Below are positions 28,518-39,575 of a DNA stretch of 64,000 bases, piece by piece (the stretch's first letter is position 1; each line of letters opens with the position of its first letter). The DNA is from an uncultured Bacteroidales bacterium. Lineage in GTDB: Bacteria; Bacteroidota; Bacteroidia; Bacteroidales; Paludibacteraceae. A program made the position numbers and the translations under genes. The notes under the pieces were generated by a model. The model was not told the DNA's origin. It did no database searches and saw only the letters and a program-made list of their open reading frames with translations. The stretch spans positions 45,552 to 109,551 of the forward strand of contig CADCBB010000002.1 of assembly GCA_902799555.1 (NCBI GenBank), in the 5' to 3' direction.

Positions 28518-29931
28518 AGAATCCGCTATAAACGATCTCCAGTTTCATTCCGTTCTTGGCCGAACGGATCTTTGTGGCGGACATCGTCTGCTGCTGACGA
28601 ACTGAGGTAACAGCGGTCGATGACGAAGTAGTGGAGTATTCTACAGTCACCGGCACAAGCATCATGTTTAATACCGTATCATTCGATGTCTGACGTAACT
28701 GATTCGTCAAGAAATCCGAAAGGTCATAACTGTAATAATAGATCTGATCTCCTATCGAATCCACTCCTTCCGTTAGAGACCCTAACAAGGCACATGTATC
28801 CGTAGGCAACTCCCTATTCTTAAAGAAACGCTCCATACTGCTCTCCTTAATCAGCAGCATATACTGCGAGGGTTGCAACCATCCGTTACGTCCTGTCTCG
28901 GTCTCCATATTCTCCACAGCCACCCATACTTCCGCTTTATTAACGTACGGACGCTTCTCCATATCCCCTGTGGCATGATTCTTCATCTGCCGCATGATAG
29001 AGTCCGAGATCTGCGCCATCGGTATGCCCATGCGCGTGTATACGCCCGCGGGCGCGATAATATAATTATAGGTGTCGGAGTCTTGCTGTAAGCGTTCTAC
29101 CCACTCCTGCTTGTCGCGATAACTGAGCGCATTCACTGTCCGTACCTCCGAATTGGCGTAGAACGCTTTCATATCATGCACCACCGTATCACGTCCGGCT
29201 TTCTTATAACCGAAGCGGTAATAGATACCCAAAGCGATATCCGATATATTGAGCATCGTGGACGAACCGAAAGAAGTCTCAATCAATATGCCGTTGAAAA
29301 GTTGGTTGAATGCCTCCTGACTCTCAAAAGACTGTATCGAAGCAAAATCACGCATGAATTCGTCGTTAACACGCATACGGATCATCGGCATATAGACACC
29401 GCTCTGATCCTGAATAGAATCCAATTTCTCCGATGCCACCACAATACGGTGATTCGTCAAGATACTCTTCTGATGCGAACAATAATCGTCTATATTCAGA
29501 TCCGAAGCATACGTACCATTATAGCGGAACGTACCCTTATCCATCTTATAGGCATTGACCGCTATCGGCGAATTGGCATCCCCAACCCAACTGGAGTAAT
29601 ACATGAATAGGCATATCGAATCTACCGAATCCACCGAGAAACCTTCCGGATAACTGAAACCTTCCGGACAAGCCAACTGCGTCAAGATAGACGCCCGTAA
29701 CAACCCATAGTCCGTCTCTATCTCGCCCAGCAAGAACGAATCCGCCTGCGCAGCAATCGCCTTACAACTGTCTATAGACGAACGGATACCAAACGTATCG
29801 GTCAACACAATAATCGCATCGTCTGCATCCAATACCGATTGACCTGTCGTGGTCACATCATCCTTACAGCCGGTCCATACACACAGTACGGCGGCAAGCG
29901 TACACCCTATCCACGCAAAGCGTTTACTCAT
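28516..29931 (-). CDS. DUF4270-like lipoprotein
   Basis: Lipobox CVWTGC. Its position after the short glycogen synthase and beside panC matches the usual Bacteroidota neighbourhood. Family call is from memory. Confidence 0.55.
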   Translation of the reverse strand: MSKRFAWIGCTLAAVLCVWTGCKDDVTTTGQSVLDADDAIIVLTDTFGIRSSIDSCKAIAAQADSFLLGEIETDYGLLRASILTQLACPEGFSYPEGFSVDSVDSICLFMYYSSWVGDANSPIAVNAYKMDKGTFRYNGTYASDLNIDDYCSHQKSILTNHRIVVASEKLDSIQDQSGVYMPMIRMRVNDEFMRDFASIQSFESQEAFNQLFNGILIETSFGSSTMLNISDIALGIYYRFGYKKAGRDTVVHDMKAFYANSEVRTVNALSYRDKQEWVERLQQDSDTYNYIIAPAGVYTRMGIPMAQISDSIMRQMKNHATGDMEKRPYVNKAEVWVAVENMETETGRNGWLQPSQYMLLIKESSMERFFKNRELPTDTCALLGSLTEGVDSIGDQIYYYSYDLSDFLTNQLRQTSNDTVLNMMLVPVTVEYSTTSSSTAVTSVRQQQTMSATKIRSAKNGMKLEIVYSGF

Positions 29932-30769
29932 TCCCTTGTTGCAATAATGTCTGATAGAAATCATATTGGCGTTTGCATGCCACTACCACATCTTCCGTCT
30001 CTTCGTACGCCAGAATAGGCTTGCCTTTCGTCTCCGCATAATTGGCCACACGCTGATTCACCTTCGGAGTCCCATATACGATGGCATCGGAATAATCCAC
30101 CGCCAAGCGCATCAACTCCTCGTATCCTACCGGGAAATCAATGATGGAGCGTACATCCGTATTCGTGATGCCGTCAATACGCAGTTTCTCCGAGAACTTC
30201 GAATGGAAAGGCTTCTCGTATTCGTTATCATCCAGCATCAGCACGATCTTCGATTTGGCAAAGAACGGCTCATCGTTGAATGCTTTCTTCAGATATAACG
30301 GCGCTAACGCACTCATCCATCCCGAACACAAGATAACATCCGGCGTCCAGCGAAGTTTCTTCACCGTCTCTATTACGCCACGCGCATAGAAAATAACACG
30401 GTCATCATTATCAGCATATTCCACTCCATGCTCATCCTTCACGCCTTTACGACGATGGAATAAGTCATCATTGTCAATGAAATAAATCTGAATACGTGCG
30501 GTCTGAATAGACGCCACTTTGATTAACAAGGGATGATCCGAATCTTCGATGATCAGATTCATTCCCGATAGACGAATCACCTCGTGTAATTGATTGCGAC
30601 GCTCATTGATATCACCGAACTTAGGCATGAACGTACGCGTTTCAAAACCATGTCCCTGGAAGTACTCCGGAAGCTGACGATTGAGCTGACGGATAGGGGT
30701 CTCCTCCGCCAAATAAGGGTTTATCTCTTGCGAGATAAATAGGATACGTTTCGGCTCTTTCATAGGCAT
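29924..30769 (-). CDS. Short glycogen/starch synthase-like glycosyltransferase
   Basis: N-terminus KRILFISQEINPY is typical of the short Bacteroidota form. ATG 30769 lies downstream of a -7 box at 30788-30795. Confidence 0.7.
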   Translation of the reverse strand: MPMKEPKRILFISQEINPYLAEETPIRQLNRQLPEYFQGHGFETRTFMPKFGDINERRNQLHEVIRLSGMNLIIEDSDHPLLIKVASIQTARIQIYFIDNDDLFHRRKGVKDEHGVEYADNDDRVIFYARGVIETVKKLRWTPDVILCSGWMSALAPLYLKKAFNDEPFFAKSKIVLMLDDNEYEKPFHSKFSEKLRIDGITNTDVRSIIDFPVGYEELMRLAVDYSDAIVYGTPKVNQRVANYAETKGKPILAYEETEDVVVACKRQYDFYQTLLQQGNE

Positions 30770-30908
30770 GCGCACTTTTTCGCATTGCAAAGGTACAAAA
30801 AATTTTTGACATAACGAAAAAAAAAACATAAAAAGTGATGAAAAATTTTATTTTTCAATAAATTTTGCGTATCTTTGCATGATTTTTTGAAAAATAAGGA
30901 GAAAACAG

Positions 30909-31769
30909 ATGCAAATTATCACCACAAAACAGGAATTGCAAGCTACGATTCAGGCCTGCAAAAATGTCGGAAAAACGATCGGTTTGGTACCGACTATGGG
31001 CGCACTGCATGAGGGACATGCAAGCCTCGTCAGAAGAGCCGTTTCCGAGAACGATGTATGTGTCGTCTCGGTCTTTGTCAACCCTACCCAGTTTAATAAC
31101 AAGGAGGACTTGGCGAAATATCCGAGGAATATCGAGCGCGATGCAGAGCTGCTCAGTACGATCGGCGCGCATTATGTATTTGCGCCCACACCCGAAGAGA
31201 TGTATACGGCCGATGAGATGAATACCACTTTTGCCTTTGATTTTGCCGGTTTGGACCAAGTGATGGAAGGCAAGATGCGTCCCGGCCATTTCAACGGCGT
31301 CGTGCAAGTAGTAAGCCGCCTTTTCTACCTCGTTCAACCCGATAAAGCCTATTTCGGAGAAAAAGATTTCCAGCAACTCGCTATCATCCATCATATGGTA
31401 GAGCGCAGTTCAATGGCAGGTACGTTCGGTAATCTGAAGATCATCGACTGTCCTATCGTGCGCGAAGCGTCCGGTTTGGCACTCTCCAGCCGTAACGAAC
31501 GTCTTACTGCAACAGAGAAGCAGACCGCTTTATCGATCTCCAAGACCCTTTTTGAGTCCTTGGAATGGGCGAAAGAAACCGGTGCTACCGTAGCCGCCGT
31601 GCAGCAACGTGTCATCGACACCATCAATGCTGTGGAAGGTCTGGAAGTGGAATATTATGAGATCGTGGACCAAACAACGCTGCTTCCTACCGACACTTTC
31701 AACCACGCTATCGGTTGTGTTACCGTCTATTGCGGACCCGTACGTCTGATTGATAATATCAAATATTGA
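30909..31769 (+). CDS. panC: Pantoate--beta-alanine ligase
   Basis: PTMGALHEGH motif and a later SSRN motif; 286 aa. Confidence 0.9.
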   Translation: MQIITTKQELQATIQACKNVGKTIGLVPTMGALHEGHASLVRRAVSENDVCVVSVFVNPTQFNNKEDLAKYPRNIERDAELLSTIGAHYVFAPTPEEMYTADEMNTTFAFDFAGLDQVMEGKMRPGHFNGVVQVVSRLFYLVQPDKAYFGEKDFQQLAIIHHMVERSSMAGTFGNLKIIDCPIVREASGLALSSRNERLTATEKQTALSISKTLFESLEWAKETGATVAAVQQRVIDTINAVEGLEVEYYEIVDQTTLLPTDTFNHAIGCVTVYCGPVRLIDNIKY

Positions 31770-32722
31770 TGCGCATCGTCTGTGACGCACATATTCCGTT
31801 CTTACTTGAGGCTGTGCAAAAGGCATGGCCCCAAGTGGAAATTATCCCGTTGAAACCGGAAGAAATCGATGCTTCGGCTGTCAAAGACGCCGATGTTCTA
31901 GTCGTGCGTACACGGACCAAGGTGAATGAGACCTTATTGGCGGATTCTAACGTACAGTTAGTATGTACTGCCACCATCGGTTATGACCATATCGATACCG
32001 CCTATTGCGAGTCACAGGGCATCCGTTGGATGTCCTGTCCCGGTTGCAACGCCCAAGCCGTTTGCGATTATATCGAAGAAGCACTGCAAGAGACCCAGGC
32101 ACAAGGAACAATAGGCATTGTCGGAGTCGGTCACGTTGGTTCGTTGGTAGCGAAGATGGCTGAGCGTCGCGGCATGAAAGTACTACTCAATGACCCGCCT
32201 AAAGGAATCGGTGTTTCTCTCGATTTCATCGCACAAAATAGCGATATCATCACCTTCCATGTCCCTCTTGATAAGACCACTTATCACCTATGCGATGATA
32301 CATTTCTCAACAAATGCAAACCCGACGCGTTTATCATCAATGCAGCGCGTGGCGGTGTGGTCGATGAACAAGCACTCTTACGCAGCGGACATCCATTTAT
32401 TCTCGATACTTGGGAGAACGAACCGAATATCCATCCGGAAATATTAGCAAAGGCCCTATTGGCCTCCATGCATATCGCCGGCTATTCGGTAGCGGGCAAA
32501 CGCAATGCCAGCCAGATGTGTCTAAATGCGATAGCAGAGCTGTTTAATCTACAAAAAATCGACATCTCGAAATCTCGAGGTCTCGACATCTCCAAACAAA
32601 AAGGAGACACAGCCCCAGGCTGGATCTCCCGTATTTCCGATCAACTCAAAGCCGATCCTACTGCTTTTGAAGCGCTGCGCAAAGCGTATCCACTGCGCGG
32701 AGAGTTAATCGACAGAGCGTAG
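31769..32722 (+). CDS. D-2-hydroxyacid dehydrogenase, PdxB-like (4-phosphoerythronate dehydrogenase candidate)
   Basis: NAD loop GIVGVGHVGS and ARGGVVDE. PdxB-like N-terminus MRIVCDAHIP. Overlaps the panC stop. Confidence 0.65.
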   Translation: MRIVCDAHIPFLLEAVQKAWPQVEIIPLKPEEIDASAVKDADVLVVRTRTKVNETLLADSNVQLVCTATIGYDHIDTAYCESQGIRWMSCPGCNAQAVCDYIEEALQETQAQGTIGIVGVGHVGSLVAKMAERRGMKVLLNDPPKGIGVSLDFIAQNSDIITFHVPLDKTTYHLCDDTFLNKCKPDAFIINAARGGVVDEQALLRSGHPFILDTWENEPNIHPEILAKALLASMHIAGYSVAGKRNASQMCLNAIAELFNLQKIDISKSRGLDISKQKGDTAPGWISRISDQLKADPTAFEALRKAYPLRGELIDRA

Positions 32723-34645
32723 GCGGCGGAGAATAGGTTCGATAGACGGCGCTTCACCTACTGCCTCAATCATCCACTGTTTCGGCGTCAGACGACCTAA
32801 TTTATAGATTCGCGCGTATTCATCTGCAAAAGCTGCTTGGTTCTTACACTGCGCCAAATGTTCCTCTAATTGGTATTGTACGATATGACCCAACGGATAA
32901 TTGGGCAGGTACATCGGGGCATTCACCATATGGCTATAGACCGCCAATAAGATACAGTCGTGCTCCCCTAATACCGGCTCATAATACGCATTCCATACTT
33001 CCTTAGCGATCGCCATCGTGGCTTCACACAATTCTTTGGCCGTGGCCTTCGGATGATCATAAATCCACCGCCACATCGCCATATCTACCAAACTTACACC
33101 CATGATCTCGTACATCGACCAGAACTGATCCAGCACTTCATTCGGATCATTGATTCCGTTCCCCATCTTAGCGCCGGGAAGCAGTTGTAAATCACGGTGC
33201 TGCCATAAGAAAGCAGAGGCCTCGGTATACGCTGTATTAGGTACGCCGGAGAGCATGTAGTGGTCAATAAAATACATATCCAATACCTGCTCTACGCAAT
33301 GTCCGAACTCATGCACGGCGATGTTATATCCTTTATAATCCATGCCATTGGCTGGTATACGCGTACGCAGACGTGCCTCTTCTTTACGACCCAGACACGG
33401 CCAGGCATGCCCCGAACCTCGTGCCGGTTCAACGACTATATGATGCGCGATACGACGGGCATCTTCACTGTAAAAACCCATCTGTTGCAACAAACGCGGC
33501 ATATCGGCAGCAAAGGCATTGGCATCCGGATAAAGTTGGCGAGTCCGCTTACTCAGTTCGTCCTCATTCAAGGTCGCACGGGCTTTGAAGCCGTCATACC
33601 ATATATCGAACGGACGCAAGTCTCGTCCCAAACGCTCACGGATGATAGATGCTACTTGCTTTACTTGCTCCGAACCGACCAGCGCCCTAAACAAACTATC
33701 CAACTCAGCGGCCGGTATCTCTACCCCTTCCTCAAAATTACGCTGAATACCCGTAGGGGCAGACGGACAATAGGCATCGGAAGCAAAATACGCATGCGCG
33801 ACATCCAAGATCTTCTGATAACGCGTATAGGGTTCAGCCTCGGAACCATCCGAATAGGGTTTCCATACGAAATCTGCTCCGTTGATAGCTTGTTGCGGGA
33901 TGGTCTGACTGACAATACGCTGCATCACCTGATAGATCATCTCCTGCTTCTCTTGACCGTTCTCAGCGCCATACAAAGCCTTTAGTTCATCCCGTAAGTT
34001 CCAATGACTCAACAATACTTTGTCCATGTCCCACAACTGTCGGTCGTCTTCCGTACGCAGGTTACCCATGTAGATATTATAGTCGGCGATATAGTTCTCC
34101 GCATCCGCTAAAGCTTGCGCCATACGGGTATTCACTTCTGCCGGTATACGGGTCGTGAAGATATCGCCCATACGGGCATAAGCCCATTCAAGACGCGTCC
34201 AGTTTTTGCCCAACGCATTTTTCTCTTCCAGCGTATAGTGCGGAAAATTGATGATGGTGATGAATGCCAGTTTATTGGCAAACATATCATCGGAAAAATG
34301 GGCCAAGGGACTGTATCCGGACATGATCCAATCCGGCATTTGCGGTTCGGAAGCGTTCGTCAGTTGAGTCGGACGCAATAATTCTACCGTCAGCATGTCA
34401 GCCGACTGATAGACATTCTCAAAGATACGACTTAGCGATTCAAACAACGCTTGTTTAGCACTGTCCGTCTCGCAGTAATAATCTGCCACTAACTGATCAA
34501 ACTCCGCCGGAGAACCGTCCTGCGCCGTCCATAACGCAGCGGCTTGCTGTACACCGCGAGGAGCGGATTCAAACGATTTCATCGGACTTTTCGGACTACA
34601 TGAGGCTAACATAAGGCAGCCAAGAAGAAGGTGTTTAACATTCAT
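32705..34645 (-). CDS. Zinc metallopeptidase lipoprotein (HEXXH, M3-like)
   Basis: Lipobox LMLASCS. HEFGH plus a downstream Glu context, YTEASAF. Family assignment is tentative. Confidence 0.55.
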   Translation of the reverse strand: MNVKHLLLGCLMLASCSPKSPMKSFESAPRGVQQAAALWTAQDGSPAEFDQLVADYYCETDSAKQALFESLSRIFENVYQSADMLTVELLRPTQLTNASEPQMPDWIMSGYSPLAHFSDDMFANKLAFITIINFPHYTLEEKNALGKNWTRLEWAYARMGDIFTTRIPAEVNTRMAQALADAENYIADYNIYMGNLRTEDDRQLWDMDKVLLSHWNLRDELKALYGAENGQEKQEMIYQVMQRIVSQTIPQQAINGADFVWKPYSDGSEAEPYTRYQKILDVAHAYFASDAYCPSAPTGIQRNFEEGVEIPAAELDSLFRALVGSEQVKQVASIIRERLGRDLRPFDIWYDGFKARATLNEDELSKRTRQLYPDANAFAADMPRLLQQMGFYSEDARRIAHHIVVEPARGSGHAWPCLGRKEEARLRTRIPANGMDYKGYNIAVHEFGHCVEQVLDMYFIDHYMLSGVPNTAYTEASAFLWQHRDLQLLPGAKMGNGINDPNEVLDQFWSMYEIMGVSLVDMAMWRWIYDHPKATAKELCEATMAIAKEVWNAYYEPVLGEHDCILLAVYSHMVNAPMYLPNYPLGHIVQYQLEEHLAQCKNQAAFADEYARIYKLGRLTPKQWMIEAVGEAPSIEPILRRLRSVD

Positions 34646-34665
34646 AAAGCGATCTATTTGCGGTG

Positions 34666-34696
34666 CAAAAGTACAAAAAAAATCTTATTTATGCAA
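34666..34696 (-). promoter_or_regulatory. Promoter for the M3-like peptidase
   Basis: TTGCATAAATAAGATTTTTTTTGTACTTTTG on the minus strand. Confidence 0.6.
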
Positions 34697-34713
34697 ATAA
34701 TAAGCCGAAAATC

Positions 34714-34744
34714 TTGCATATGTCATAAAAAAGCAGTACTTTTG
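34714..34744 (+). promoter_or_regulatory. Promoter for mrp-MATE
   Basis: TTGCATATGTCATAAAAAAGCAGTACTTTTG. Confidence 0.65.
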
Positions 34745-34755
34745 CAGTCGCAAAA

Positions 34756-34776
34756 GTCAAATGGTAAATCGTAAAT
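34756..34776 (+). repeat. Heptamer micro-array NGTAAAT x3
   Basis: GTCAAAT-GGTAAAT-CGTAAAT in the mrp leader, 8 nt before the ATG. Confidence 0.7.
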
Positions 34777-34783
34777 ATAGCTG

Positions 34784-35824
34784 ATGTATCCGCAACAGAT
34801 AATTGATGCCTTGCGCCATGTGCGCTATCCGGGAACAGGTAAAGACCTGATTGAGAGCGGGATGCTGGAAGATGATATCCGCATCTCCGGTTTTGAAGTA
34901 TCGTTCTCATTGATTTTCCCCAAAGACAATGACCCCTTTATCAAATCGGTCATGAAGGCTTCTGAAGTAGCCCTTCAGACCTATATCGATGCGAATGTGG
35001 TGGCAAATATCCATCCGAAATTTAGAATCGAGAACCACAAGCCGTCTGTCGAAAGTTCGAAGATCAACGCCAAACATATTATCGCTATTCATAGCGGCAA
35101 AGGTGGCGTAGGCAAGAGTACGGTGACGGCGAACTTAGCGGTAGCTTTGGCGCAGCAGGGATATAAGGTAGGTTTGCTGGATGCGGATATTCATGGGCCT
35201 TCCATGCCTAAGATGTTTCATACCGAGGACTGCCGACCCTATTCGGTCGAAGAGAACGGACGTACGCTGATTGAACCGATTGAGCAGTACGGTGTGAAGA
35301 TGCTCTCTATCGGTTTCTTTGTCGATCCTGAACAGGCCGTCATCTGGCGCGGAGGCATGGCATCCAATGCTATCAAACAACTCATCGAAGATGCGCATTG
35401 GGGTGAACTCGATTATTTCCTGATCGACCTGCCTCCGGGAACAAGTGATATTCACCTCACCCTCATTTCCGAACTGCAACTCACCGGTGTCATCGTCGTC
35501 ACAACGCCGCAACCGGTTGCCCTCGTGGATGCCCGCAAAGGGGTGGAGATGTTCCGCAATGAGAAAGTGAATGTACCCATCCTCGGTCTCATCGAGAATA
35601 TGGCCTGGTTTACTCCGGCAGAACTGCCGAACAACAAATACTATATCTTCGGCAAAGACGGGGGAAAAGCTTTGGCGGAAGAATTGCAAATTCCTTTATT
35701 GGGTCAGATTCCTCTTGTGCAGTCCATCCGGGAAGGTGGCGATGACGGCACCCCTATCGCGCTCCAAATCGGTCATCCTGCTGCAGAAGCGTTTAATATC
35801 ATATGTCGCGCACTACAGAACTAG
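34784..35824 (+). CDS. Mrp/NBP35/ApbC-family Fe-S cluster carrier ATPase
   Basis: Deviant Walker A SGKGGVGKST and a DUF59-like N-domain. Confidence 0.9.
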   Translation: MYPQQIIDALRHVRYPGTGKDLIESGMLEDDIRISGFEVSFSLIFPKDNDPFIKSVMKASEVALQTYIDANVVANIHPKFRIENHKPSVESSKINAKHIIAIHSGKGGVGKSTVTANLAVALAQQGYKVGLLDADIHGPSMPKMFHTEDCRPYSVEENGRTLIEPIEQYGVKMLSIGFFVDPEQAVIWRGGMASNAIKQLIEDAHWGELDYFLIDLPPGTSDIHLTLISELQLTGVIVVTTPQPVALVDARKGVEMFRNEKVNVPILGLIENMAWFTPAELPNNKYYIFGKDGGKALAEELQIPLLGQIPLVQSIREGGDDGTPIALQIGHPAAEAFNIICRALQN

Positions 35825-37143
35825 GCACAGCGCCTGTACATAAACTCCTTTGGAAATATGCCCTTCCTGCCATCATTGCGATGACAGCTACTTCGCTGTA
35901 TAACATCGTCGATACGATCTATATCGGGCATGGTTGCGGTGCGTTAGCCTTGGGTGCACTCACCGTCGCCAAACCTTTCATGGATATCTGCGCAGCCTTT
36001 GGTAGTTTGGTAGGCGTAGGCGCTTCCTCGTTGCTGGCGATCTATCTGGGTGAGAAAGACTATGAACGTGCCAATAGGGTATTAGGTAATGTGATCGTGA
36101 TGAATATCATCCTGTCGGCTATCGTGATGGCGGTTGGACTGATATGGCTCGATCCGATTCTCATGGCGTTTGGTGCAAGTGAAGCTACCTTACTATACGC
36201 GCATGAATATATGGAGATCATCCTGTATGGTAATGTACTCACCCATATCTATTTCGGTCTCAATGCAATGCTGCGTTCGGCGGGGCATCCGCGCTTCTCT
36301 ATGACGGCAACAATCGTAGCAGTCATCATCAATATCATCCTCGACCCGATCTTCATCTTCGGTCTCGATATGGGCGTACGAGGTGCCGCTTTGGCAACCG
36401 TCATCAGTCAGGCAGTAGCAGTCGTTTGGCAATTGACCAAGTTCATGGATAAGAATGAACTGGTTCGCTTCCATCGAGGTATCTGGCGACTCAATCGGTA
36501 TATTACACTCCGTGCTTTAGCCATCGGTATGTCGCCGTTCCTGTATAATATCGCCCATTGTTTTGTAGTCATTATCATCAATAACCAATTGAAGAATTTC
36601 GGAGGCGATATGGCGATTGCTTCATACGGTGTAATCAATCGTCTGACTTTCGTCTTTGCAATGATGGTGATGGGTCTTAACCAAGGAATGCAACCGATAG
36701 CAGGCTATAACTACGGCGCTAAGCAGTTTGACCGGGTTCTCAAATCATTCTATCTTACCTGCGCCTATGCTACCGGGGTGATGGGTATAGTCTTTGTGTT
36801 AGGAGAGTTTTTCCCGGAACTGATGACGCGGATGTTCACCCATGATGTAGAACTGATTGCACAAACAGTTCGCCCGATGCGTATCGTCTGCTCCACGATG
36901 CTCATCATCGGTTTTCAGATGGTAACAGGAAACCTCTTCACGTCTGTAGGAAAAGCGGGCAAGGCTATCTTCTTAAGCCTCACCCGCCAAGTGCTCTATC
37001 TCATCCCGCTCGTCCTCTGGCTTCCGACGATTTTTACCACTCCGATCGATGGTGTTTGGTGGTCTATTCCTATCAGCGACACCATTTCGGCCGTCACCGC
37101 CATCATCGTTCTTCTCGCCTCTCGTCGAAAATTACATATGTAG
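35803..37143 (+). CDS. MATE-family efflux transporter
   Basis: 446 aa, about 12 TM segments, MATE-like N-terminus LLWKYALPAII. Overlaps the mrp 3' end by 22 nt. Confidence 0.85.
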   Translation: MSRTTELGTAPVHKLLWKYALPAIIAMTATSLYNIVDTIYIGHGCGALALGALTVAKPFMDICAAFGSLVGVGASSLLAIYLGEKDYERANRVLGNVIVMNIILSAIVMAVGLIWLDPILMAFGASEATLLYAHEYMEIILYGNVLTHIYFGLNAMLRSAGHPRFSMTATIVAVIINIILDPIFIFGLDMGVRGAALATVISQAVAVVWQLTKFMDKNELVRFHRGIWRLNRYITLRALAIGMSPFLYNIAHCFVVIIINNQLKNFGGDMAIASYGVINRLTFVFAMMVMGLNQGMQPIAGYNYGAKQFDRVLKSFYLTCAYATGVMGIVFVLGEFFPELMTRMFTHDVELIAQTVRPMRIVCSTMLIIGFQMVTGNLFTSVGKAGKAIFLSLTRQVLYLIPLVLWLPTIFTTPIDGVWWSIPISDTISAVTAIIVLLASRRKLHM

Positions 37144-37238
37144 TGTATTAATAATTTCTAAACCAATTATATACACTATTTTTCAGTCTATAGTAAAAGA
37201 TATAACTGAATATATATCCAGAGCTATAGCAAGAGTTA

Positions 37239-37820
37239 TCAAAGTTGCCCGGCTTCAACCAGATTAATGACGCGTTCGGTGATGCGATCCTTATCAGAAG
37301 CATCATATCCTTCTTTGAGGTCATTCTGGAATAATTTAGCGACGAATTGCCAGAAATTGGCGGTCCCTTTACCCTTGTATTGCTCAATCAGCTGATAGCT
37401 GGTTCTGTCCGTTTCGCGGTCCATCAACTTCATGAGCATCATACCTTGCGATGCGTACATCCCCCTGAAATCCTTCTCGTATTTCTTAAATAGTTCGCGT
37501 TCATAGTTACGCCACCATTTCTTGCGACTTTTAGCATCCGGCAGCTTGGCCAGTTCAGCATCGGCAAAAGCCATATCGGCTGTGATTGCTTTCGCGTACG
37601 GAAGACATTTCTTTACATCCCGTACGGTACGCCAGTAGAACTTCTCTTGCTTCTTATTCTTGAATTTCATCGGCGGATAGACCCATACCTCATGCAGATA
37701 TGCCAAATACATCGTATCGCCGTCCTGCACATGTAGCATACAGGAGTCCATATATGGTTTGGCAGCGAACATATTCATGCCCACTGCCAAAAGAACCCAT
37801 ATGTGCAGTAGTCGTTTCAT
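37239..37820 (-). CDS. Secreted basic protein, DUF4294-like
   Basis: Signal peptide, about 190 aa. Family call is from memory only. Confidence 0.45.
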   Translation of the reverse strand: MKRLLHIWVLLAVGMNMFAAKPYMDSCMLHVQDGDTMYLAYLHEVWVYPPMKFKNKKQEKFYWRTVRDVKKCLPYAKAITADMAFADAELAKLPDAKSRKKWWRNYERELFKKYEKDFRGMYASQGMMLMKLMDRETDRTSYQLIEQYKGKGTANFWQFVAKLFQNDLKEGYDASDKDRITERVINLVEAGQL

Positions 37821-37851
37821 CCTATCAGGCTACTGACAATTTTCGTGCCAA

Positions 37852-39342
37852 TTAATAGTTGAGTGCGAAGATCACGCGTCCGGCGGACGGTTTGCCGGTG
37901 AGGATGCACTTACCCGGTTCGTTGTGATGTCCCGGCAGGTCAGCCAAAGGAATACAACGGATCGTGGCCTTGGTCTCATCCTTGATGCGTTGCTCGGTCT
38001 CAGCCGTTCCATCCCAATGCGCGAGCAGGAAACCGCCTTTCTTCAGTTCCTCTTTGAACTCGTCGTACGTGTTCACCTCGCGGGTGTTGGCAATACGGAA
38101 ATCGAGCGCTTTCTTGAGCAGATTCTTCTGAATCTCCTCCAGCAAAGCATGGATCTTCTCCACGATGCCGTCCAGCGAAATGGTCTCTTTGGTTTGCGTG
38201 TCACGACGTGCGATCTCAATCGTATTGTTCTCCAGATCACGACCGCCCATTGCCAAACGAACAGGCACACCCTTCAGTTCATAGTCAGCGAACTTATAAC
38301 CCGGTGTGTATTTCTCATCGCTATCCACTTTGACGCGGATACCGAGTGCCTTGAGTTGATCGGCTATCGGGTTCAGCTTCTCCATGAGTGCAGCCAGTTG
38401 TTCCGGAGCCTTGAAGATAGGCACGATAACCACCTGAATCGGCGCCAAGTGCGGAGGCAATACCAGACCGCTGTCATCCGAGTGGGTCATGATGAGCGCA
38501 CCCATCAGACGGGTCGAAACACCCCAAGAGGTAGCCCAAACATACTCGTATTTATTCTCTTTGCTGAGGAACTGCACGTCAAAAGACTTCGCAAAGTTCT
38601 GTCCCAAGAAGTGACTCGTACCGGCCTGCAGTGCCTTACCATCCTGCATCATCGCCTCAATACAATAGGTATTCAATGCGCCTGCAAAGCGCTCGTTCGG
38701 ACTCTTGACACCTTTCACTACCGGGATAGCCATCACGTTCTCTGCGAAATCGGCATAAACATCCAGCATGTCGCGTGCATAATCTTCAGCCTCCTCCTTG
38801 GTAGCATGGGCCGTGTGACCTTCTTGCCAAAGGAACTCCGCCGTACGGAGGAAAAGACGCGTACGCATCTCCCAACGCATCACGTTACACCATTGGTTGC
38901 AAAGAATAGGTAGGTCACGATAGGACGAGATCCAATTCTTATAGGTGCTCCAGATGATCGTCTCCGAAGTCGGACGAATGATGAGTTCTTCTTCCAGTCT
39001 CGCTTGTGGATCAACCACCACGCCTTTTCCGTTCGGATCGTTCATCAGACGGTGGTGCGTCACAACGGCGCACTCTTTGGCAAAACCCTCAACGTGCTCT
39101 GCCTCACGGCTCAGGAACGATTTCGGGATCAACAAGGGGAAATAGGCGTTCTTCACCCCTTTCTCTTTGAAGCGACGGTCGAGTTCTGCCTGGATGGTCT
39201 CCCAGATGGCATAACCATAGGGCTTGATTACCATACATCCGCGAACGGCACTCTGTTCAGCCAGATCGGCTTTCACTACGAGTTCATTGTACCACTTGGA
39301 ATAATCCTCACTACGAGGAGTCAGTTTTTGAAAATTAGCCAT
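37852..39342 (-). CDS. proS: Proline--tRNA ligase (archaeal/eukaryote-like type)
   Basis: 496 aa. Class II motif context [16 protein letters not shown]. No bacterial-type insertion domain. Confidence 0.95.
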   Translation of the reverse strand: MANFQKLTPRSEDYSKWYNELVVKADLAEQSAVRGCMVIKPYGYAIWETIQAELDRRFKEKGVKNAYFPLLIPKSFLSREAEHVEGFAKECAVVTHHRLMNDPNGKGVVVDPQARLEEELIIRPTSETIIWSTYKNWISSYRDLPILCNQWCNVMRWEMRTRLFLRTAEFLWQEGHTAHATKEEAEDYARDMLDVYADFAENVMAIPVVKGVKSPNERFAGALNTYCIEAMMQDGKALQAGTSHFLGQNFAKSFDVQFLSKENKYEYVWATSWGVSTRLMGALIMTHSDDSGLVLPPHLAPIQVVIVPIFKAPEQLAALMEKLNPIADQLKALGIRVKVDSDEKYTPGYKFADYELKGVPVRLAMGGRDLENNTIEIARRDTQTKETISLDGIVEKIHALLEEIQKNLLKKALDFRIANTREVNTYDEFKEELKKGGFLLAHWDGTAETEQRIKDETKATIRCIPLADLPGHHNEPGKCILTGKPSAGRVIFALNY

Positions 39343-39371
39343 ATATTGCTATGTTTAAACGTCCTTTTTTC

Positions 39372-39401
39372 AAAAAAGACAGCCGTTTGACTGTCTTTTT
39401 T
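39372..39401 (-). terminator. Hairpin between tRNA-Pro and proS
   Basis: AAAAAAGACAG-ccgtttga-CTGTCTTTTTT (symmetric). Lies 2 nt after the tRNA 3' end and 30 nt before the proS ATG. Confidence 0.65.
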
Positions 39402-39402
39402 G

Positions 39403-39475
39403 TCGAGAAGAGGTGACTCGAACACCCGACCCCTACGTCCCGAACGTAGTGCGCTACCAACTGCGCTACTTCTCG
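39403..39475 (-). tRNA. tRNA-Pro (anticodon CGG)
   Basis: Cloverleaf by hand: acceptor CGAGAAG/CTTCTCG, D stem GCGC/GCGC, anticodon stem CTACG/CGTAG with loop TTCGGGA (G37), T arm GGGTG-TTCGAGT-CACCT, discriminator A. CCA is not encoded. Confidence 0.9.
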
Positions 39476-39575
39476 CTCACTTTCAGTTCGCTTCGATTAT
39501 TTTGTCAAGACAAAATTTTCTCGATTACTCGATTATTTGCTGGCGCAAATTTTCTCGTTCTTACGAAAGCGGGTG

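Noticed and set aside
37924-38913. 329-aa plus-strand ORF inside proS, and similar antisense ORFs at 3425-4225, 44885-45814 and 48461-49600
   Set aside because: All lie antisense to well-supported genes, lack promoter blocks and recognisable domains, and have the skewed composition expected from reverse-complemented codon bias.
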